A stretch of DNA of 56,461 nucleotides, filler included, from Sphacelaria rigidula (taxonomy: Eukaryota), in the NCBI GenBank assembly GCA_964200075.2. It is 7 parts of 7 records of this genome, joined end to end, with 100 filler letters (N's around TTAATTAATTAA, not from the genome) between each part and the next. Parts side by side here need not be neighbours in the genome. Positions count along the whole stretch, not along the records: positions 48,483 to 56,461 come from CAXNAA020012757.1; 6 more parts are not named here. One strand, written 5' to 3'. The position numbers were made by a program, and so were the translations under genes. The notes under the pieces are model-generated. The model was not told where the DNA came from. It did not search any database and saw nothing but the letters and a program-made list of their open reading frames with translations. This document shows, piece after piece, positions 50,228-56,461 of this stretch (position 1 is its first letter; every line of letters begins with the position of its first letter).

Positions 50228-51293
50228 TAGATGGGTTATGGGGGAAAGAGTAGCCTCGAGTTATCCTCAGTGGAGTTGTCCAAAGTGTGAAAAGAGGGGG
50301 GGGGGACGCGGGATCTGCAGAATGACACAACATGTTCTCTTCTCTTCTACTTGTACTGTACTGTACTGTTTTCCAAGGTTTTCCACCTGTACTATGTTCC
50401 ACACAGGCCCTTTGCGTGCTTCACGACACGCCCTCTTTTCTCATGGTTTGATCCCTGCCCCCCCAACCCTCTCCCCCCAATCCTGCACGTAGACTTACTT
50501 TCCACTTTGCAGAGTACGTGGGCTAGCTGGTTTTATTTTCGTGTGCGCAACGCTCTCGGACAACAGAGGGTGGGGATTCCACCATTTACCAACACTTTCA
50601 GCAGACTTGCTCATCAAGACTCCGTTCTCCGTTCCCTGTTTCGCGATCCCGCATTTCACTTGAACGGGCACGACTGTGATTGTCGATCAGAGGATACTAG
50701 TCGATCAGCATTGGATATAAGGTAGCATTGCCATCGCTGAGCCAGAGTAGGACAGAGGGCGTAAGAGGCGCAGGGCCACACGCTGAAAACGCTGTAGTCA
50801 CCAGCATACCAAAGTCCATTCTCGGAACAAATACCCGTAATCTACGTAGATCGACCGTCAATACTCTGGGAGGTCACCACCATGACACGGGATATACCAC
50901 CCTATTGTGCGCCATCCCCTGAGGATGGCCTTATCACCTCCAAGAAGCAGATTCCACACCCACCACAAACGCAGCAAGTTGTGCTAGGTTGTTTTAACTA
51001 CCACGAGAGTTCTGCCTTCTATCGGCCTGTCTCTTGTCTGTATCTATTATTCTTGTGCTCATCTTCACCTCTCTAGGCGACCTCCCGCGATATTAATGGT
51101 CTCTAAAGCTCTCTTGACATTTGCGTCTTGTGATATCTGCCTCTCTCCATAATTTTCTTTCCTCATATCTCACCCTGCTCTCTTGCACACACTCTGCCAT
51201 GTCCCTTCATCTTCTATTTCTCTTTCCCCCCTCTACCCGCCGGCTTTCCAGATATCTCTGTGGGCATGTCGCTCAGTGTCGGTACCTGGTTCG

Positions 51294-51327
<34 letters not shown>

Positions 51328-51328
51328 G
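51294..51328. repeat. (GTT)n microsatellite
   Basis: Direct reading. Confidence 0.9.
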
Positions 51329-51370
51329 CGTCTAATTCGAACGCCTTCCGTGGTCATAGGTTGAGTACCC

Positions 51371-51581
51371 TGTAATGCGTGTGAGAGGACTGTGTCCTTA
51401 GAGGACCGCACCGGAATTTAAACACCCCTGGTTAGGGTGAGGGTTAGTGTTAGTGTTGGGGTTAGGGTCAGGGGCGTGGTCCCTGCAGGGACTAGCCCGA
51501 TTGATGTTGAAAGACGTCGATCCTGAGGTGTTTCGAGCTACGGTGCGGTCCTCAAAGCACGCGGTCCTCTCCCGCATTACA
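51371..51581. mobile_element. 211-bp MITE with TGT...ACA ends, 4-bp TSD and internal TTAGGG-like repeats
   Basis: ~42-bp TIRs tgtaatgcg..gagaggac..gaggaccgcaccg; accc on both flanks; core ggttagggtgagggttagtgttagtgttggggttaggg. Confidence 0.85.
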
Positions 51582-53663
51582 ACCCCCTAAAAGGCGGGAA
51601 ATATCAAAATAATATCGGACCCGGAAAATTTCACCCAGGCGCAACGGAAGGAGAAAAAAAAGAAAACTCGTAAAAGTAATAATAATAGAAAATAGGAGGT
51701 ATCTCTTCATCTCGATAGCACATCCTGTCTGTCCGCCCCGTTTCGTCCTTCCACTCTACCGTTGGGAAAGATACTACCAAGCTACCGAGTTGTAGCCGCC
51801 ATTTCTCCTTTTTATCTCGAAGAAAAGGAAAGCTGACGTGATACAGCATATACGGCTCTCGGATGTGACGTTGGCTCTGGATACCGTGTTGATCGGGAAA
51901 CGTGTGGAAGAAAAAGTGGGCAGTTTTGACATGTTGGCTGGCATACCGTCACGTCGATAGAACGATTAAGCCAACGAGTTATCCCAAAGAAGGGCAGAGA
52001 TGCGCAACTGATATAGTGGTCATTGCCGGTTCAAACTTCCGTTTAGCTCGATTGGGACGAGTCAAACACAACTGGCACGCGCCTTCCCATGCGTGATATA
52101 GGAGAAGACCATAGTCGACAGCATGATGATGAGACAGCATCATCTTCCACGTTTCCCCCTACGCGATGTAGCCGCGCTGGATACTGCATTCATTCAGCGG
52201 AAACTAGTAAACGTGAACGATTTCAGGGTTTTCGTACATTAGCAAGCGTACAACGTGTCCAAAGGTCGATAAGACGACTCGGCAAACCCGTTATCCACAA
52301 AAAGGACAGGGGCACAGTGCCGTTAGTATACAGTGCTGACATGTTCATCATCAGTTGTCGTTCGTATGGGACTGGTTCGCCACAAAACTGACGCATGCGC
52401 GCCTGCAAATCCGTGTGAACACAGTCTTGAATATGCACAGATTTTCGATCCGTGCTTCTCGTTCGGTTGTGGAACATCATCATAATACCAAGAAATCTCC
52501 TTCTTCAAAAAACTTGTCGGTGCAAAAGCATGAATATTTTTTTGTGGCGTTAGGATTCGATAAGCCTGGCCCCGCCGCTCGTACTTGCCACTCAGGTGAT
52601 TGAATTGTTGTATCGTACAGGAATGGGGAGTAGCGCGCTTGGTCGTTGTAGCTGGTTTGCCTTTTCCGCCTCTTGCATGTACATACAGTATTTGTGACCC
52701 CGCTCCACCTAGACGAAGTTACGGGGCCATTGCACTGACCTCGACTCTATAGCGACGAAATCCCACAGCATATGCTCGTCGGAACAACGCATGAATTGTA
52801 CCACATAATATCGTACTTTGAAAACCTTCTACTGCAGCTTCGATGTAATACAGTACTAAACATTACGTCACCACGTCAAAGGATACCAATCGGTACATTC
52901 TCCGCAACAGTATCGGAGCACAACAACATTTCTTCAGGAAGTGAGTAGCAGCTAGGTGAGCGCAGCGAATGCATTGCCGACCTTCATGTGGTGGGCAAAC
53001 AATAAACTCACATGCTTCTACCACGATCCATGACGCACTTGCAGGAATAGTAGTGGCAGATGTGGCGGCTGGCCTTTGTGTTCGTGTGCCGTTCTGTGGC
53101 ACACACACTGAGGTACACTCGCCGCTTTATACATACTGTATCATCATTGCCCAGGAACGTCAATGACCCGGGATAACTACATCGCGCCGGTGACCGCTCG
53201 TCCAGCAACAACAAAGCGTGACCCCTCGATGGATCCAACACGACGGTGATTATTTGAGCGGACCACAACATGTTCAGAGCGAACTCAAGCATTCACGTTG
53301 GAAAAAACGTATTTGACTCCCCCCGCTCTCCCCCCCCCCTCCGCGTCTCGCCCCTGCCGAACATCTACAGGATCTTGCCGAAAACCCGCAGGAACCACGC
53401 GTTGGTAGAAATTGGGAGGATTCCTACATTGAACATTATTATGTGTATGTTCTTGGGGAGTCAGTTTTTGCGGCAATTTTTTCGTTGGAAATTACGCATA
53501 TTTACTGTGCTGTAGATCGGGGGGGGGGGGGGGGGGGGGGCTGGGGTTGGGGGGATCTTACGCAGACATTTTCTCTTTCAAAACGACAGGTGGGCGGTTT
53601 TTGGTAGGGGNNNNNNNNNNTGTGCTTGGGTGGTTTTTTTGTGGTGGGAGTGTGGGTGTTCGT

Positions 53664-53703
<40 letters not shown>

Positions 53704-54976
53704 AGTCGTCTGGGCGGCTGAGCTACCGCAGATTTTCTCTCTAAATCGCACGGGGCGCAGATTTTGAGGACGGCTACGTATGTGTGGCCTGCCGCACAAA
53801 ATGTATACTCGTATAATACAAGTAGCGCACATATTTTTCGCTGGTGGCGAAACAAACTTTTGCGGGGGTGGTTTCGCGTTAGGCGAAAAACAAGTTGGGG
53901 GCTGTTTCTTGCATATCTTGACGTGAAAATCCTTTTTTTTCGCCTCCGCCGGCCCCTACGCAGGGGCCGCCCTTCGGAGTGCCTCTGGGGAGCCCTGCCG
54001 TGGGGCGCATATCGCGCCCGGCTCTCGTCTGCGCCAGCGCAGACGGAGCCTCCGGAGCTCTCAAAATCCTGCAGCAGATGCCAACGAAAACCACAATAAT
54101 GGTGCAAACCAAGCAACTTTATATCCGACCCACCAGTTCCGGTGGGGTGCCGAGTACAAGAGTTCAACTTTTGGAGCCCGTATATTAGTCAAAGGGCAAG
54201 AGCAGTTCGTACACTGCGCCGGCCTCACGGTATTGGTAGGTATGAAGGCACCGCTGTTCGATGCTGACTCCTGACGATCGAAGTAGTAGAAGCTCTGGCT
54301 CAAGTCGTGTGCGGGTTTGCTTGCTGTATGGGGACCGCATGCAAAAAATCTAACTGGTGAGTTGCATGTATGTATAGCTACCTGGCTGTTTTCTGGCGCA
54401 AATTACGCCACCGGTGCCCATCTCTCTGATTTGCCGTTCACGCAAAAGATTTGACAGCTAGAAGTGGGTTTTATGTCTGTTATATACAGCACAACAGTAT
54501 GGTGTATGTCATTGATACGGTATGCATACTTTACACTTGAAGCACTCAAGTTGTAGCAACCCCGCCATATATTTTTGCAGTTGGTAGTATTGTGACAGAA
54601 GAGGTTGTTGGAAACACCACGACCACCGTACCCCCCCCCCAAGGTTTCACAGGTGATTCGATCTCCTTATTATTATTATGTTTGACCACCAAAAATGCAC
54701 GTACTCCTTTTTTCACCGACAGTATGTGGATAAAGGAAGGAAATATAATTGTGACGTTCGCGAAAATGTGCGAACGTCCTCGTGTACGTTTTTTGTGCGT
54801 GCATGAAGCATGCAGGTGCCCAAATCAAAAAGCCCAGACCCCGTGTCCCTTTTTTGAGTCCTGCTTTTTTTTTTCTGGGGGGGGGAGGGAGGGGGGCGTA
54901 CTCATTTATTTGGCGCTTGCTTTCGTCGCCTGACCATTGACCACGCACCCCTTTCGAGACGGAGCACCGTTTCTTC

Positions 54977-56225
54977 TAGGCATTAGCTCCGTAAGCCCGT
55001 TTCTGTAAAAAAAACTAAGCCTTTTATTTTTTTTACAGGCTTTCCCCCTCTTGTTTTATGCCCCGCTTTAAGCCTTTTTCAACGAAAATTTGCGTACTTT
55101 ATGCGCCTCCTTCGCGTCCTTGTTCTGGCGTTGCGGCAGTATCCCCTCACGAGGCGCGCCTTCTGGCATGAGGAGAAGATGACAATTTGGGATTTTTCGG
55201 AGTTTTAGAAATTGTTTTTAGATGAATAATATGACTTACATTCCATCATTGAGTCTGAATGCCACCCACATCACTTGTCGAAATAACGTGTGTCCGCACT
55301 ACGTACACTCATGATACATGATGCAGCAGTAGGTCATTACAGCCTCTGGACACAGGGTATTGCAGCCTTCGGCCTCTCACCTGGCAAGCTTCAAGCTACA
55401 AGCTATCGCCCCCTTCCCCCCCCATCATCTACCATCAGTCGACATTTGAAATCGTGTCAAACTGCCGGCTCCGATTGTACTTGATCATAACCAACCGCGG
55501 CTTCGATCCGGTCACCCAACGCTCTCTCCTGGCGAGAGTCGAACACCCCCTCAAAATGGAAAACACTCGCTCCATAAACGCGGACAATGGCTAAATAAGT
55601 ACGATATCCATCGCCACGAGATACCAAGTGGGAGGCCTTGTTTTATCATCGCCCCAAAACGACAGCAAACCGAAATCTGAGAGCGTGCCCGAGGCCGCGA
55701 CCAAAAAGTTATCCTTCTCGGGGTTCACGAAGGGGAAAACAGCAAGCTGGCGGACCTCCTCCCCGGTGTGACCTGTATGCTGCTTAACATACACGAGGTC
55801 GATGAGCTAACGCTGTAGGTTGTACGCTGTACAATGTGCAATGGGCCCCATGGCACAACTTTTGTACAAATATTTATTACATTTTTCGATTCAACATGAT
55901 ATTAAATATATGAAACACAAACGGAAACGTTTTTCGGATCAGACCCGCAATCATGGCAGTTTGGAGTATTGAATGTTGAAGCCTGTCTGGTGACGAGTAG
56001 CGAGTGACGAGTCACGTCATAGGCCGCAGGGATCACTTTCAGGCAGCTGATACACTGGCTGCAGGAGGTGCATGAAAAAATATTGCAGTTGTATGCGCGT
56101 TTCGAGCACATTATAAGCTTTTCAAATATTTTAAGATCTCTTTGAACCTTTCGAAAAAAACTTATTTAAGCCCGAGAACCCCAAATTAAGCTAAACCTTA
56201 AACGCGCTTGCGGAGCTAATGCCTA
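54977..56225 (-). mobile_element. 1249-bp internally deleted hAT DNA transposon
   Basis: 26-bp TIRs taggcattagctccgtaagcccgttt / aaacgcgcttgcggagctaatgccta; perfect 8-bp TSD gtttcttc; internal hAT dimerization-domain remnant. Confidence 0.93.
55520..55800 (-). pseudogene. hAT transposase C-terminal dimerization domain remnant
   Basis: LLSFWGDDKTRPPTWYLVAMDIVLI*PLSAFMERVFSIL matches the hAT L.FW....P.L..A...L.IP.SSA..ERVFS pattern; one in-frame stop. Confidence 0.85.
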
Positions 56226-56461
56226 GTTTCTTCTCCTGATAGAGACGCCTCCAACATTCCGGTGCTCAATACTTTTACGGGCCCATTGGTCATTTTCCAG
56301 TCGACTAGTTTCCCTGTGTCATTATTTGTTATGCTTGGTATCTGATGGTTCATACTATAATCAACAGCGGATCCTAGAAAACGGGGCTCATACAAAATAT
56401 GGGTTTGAAGTGGCATTTCTCTCTTGCAGGTAAGACGCGAACACTGGCGACCGAGCGAAGC

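Noticed and set aside
51430..51470. True chromosome telomere
   Set aside because: It is only a few degenerate units, internal to a TIR-bounded element.
52860..53300. Pogo/Tc1 DDE transposase remnant (ALLLLD..., VPQNGT...Q)
   Set aside because: The motif echoes are too weak and frameshifted to support a call by eye.
53502..54167. 221-aa ORF and other Pro/Gly-rich ORFs (12173-12671, 17863-18246, 39944-40359)
   Set aside because: They are open only because of poly-G/C tracts and N gaps.

Overview
Eukaryotic, repeat-dominated DNA, inferred to be from a brown alga or related stramenopile (about 50% GC, very short exons, tRNA-derived SINEs, poly-G/C and CAG/CA tracts). It is not one locus. Six identical 100-bp spacers (N44-TTAATTAATTAA-N44) join seven unrelated contigs of 7981, 7981, 7981, 7980, 7980, 7979 and 7979 bp, i.e. 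a size-sorted concatenation of unplaced contigs. The only recognisable intact host gene is the 3' part of a spliced lumazine synthase (ribH/RIB4) on the minus strand: five exons between 19330 and 23088, invisible in the ORF track. The rest is mostly transposon material: two decayed Ty3/Gypsy elements, a DIRS/Ngaro-like element, a Copia remnant, an RTE-like LINE 3' end, SINE fragments, a 1.25-kb internally deleted hAT element with a perfect 8-bp TSD, and many MITE families. I cannot demonstrate a new biological system. The best leads are a multicopy, intron-containing decayed gene of unknown family, a 90-bp palindrome fused to a tRNA-like head, a TGT...ACA MITE carrying telomere-like repeats, and a 42-bp hairpin-bearing tandem array. 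All family assignments come from motif recognition by eye, not database searches.
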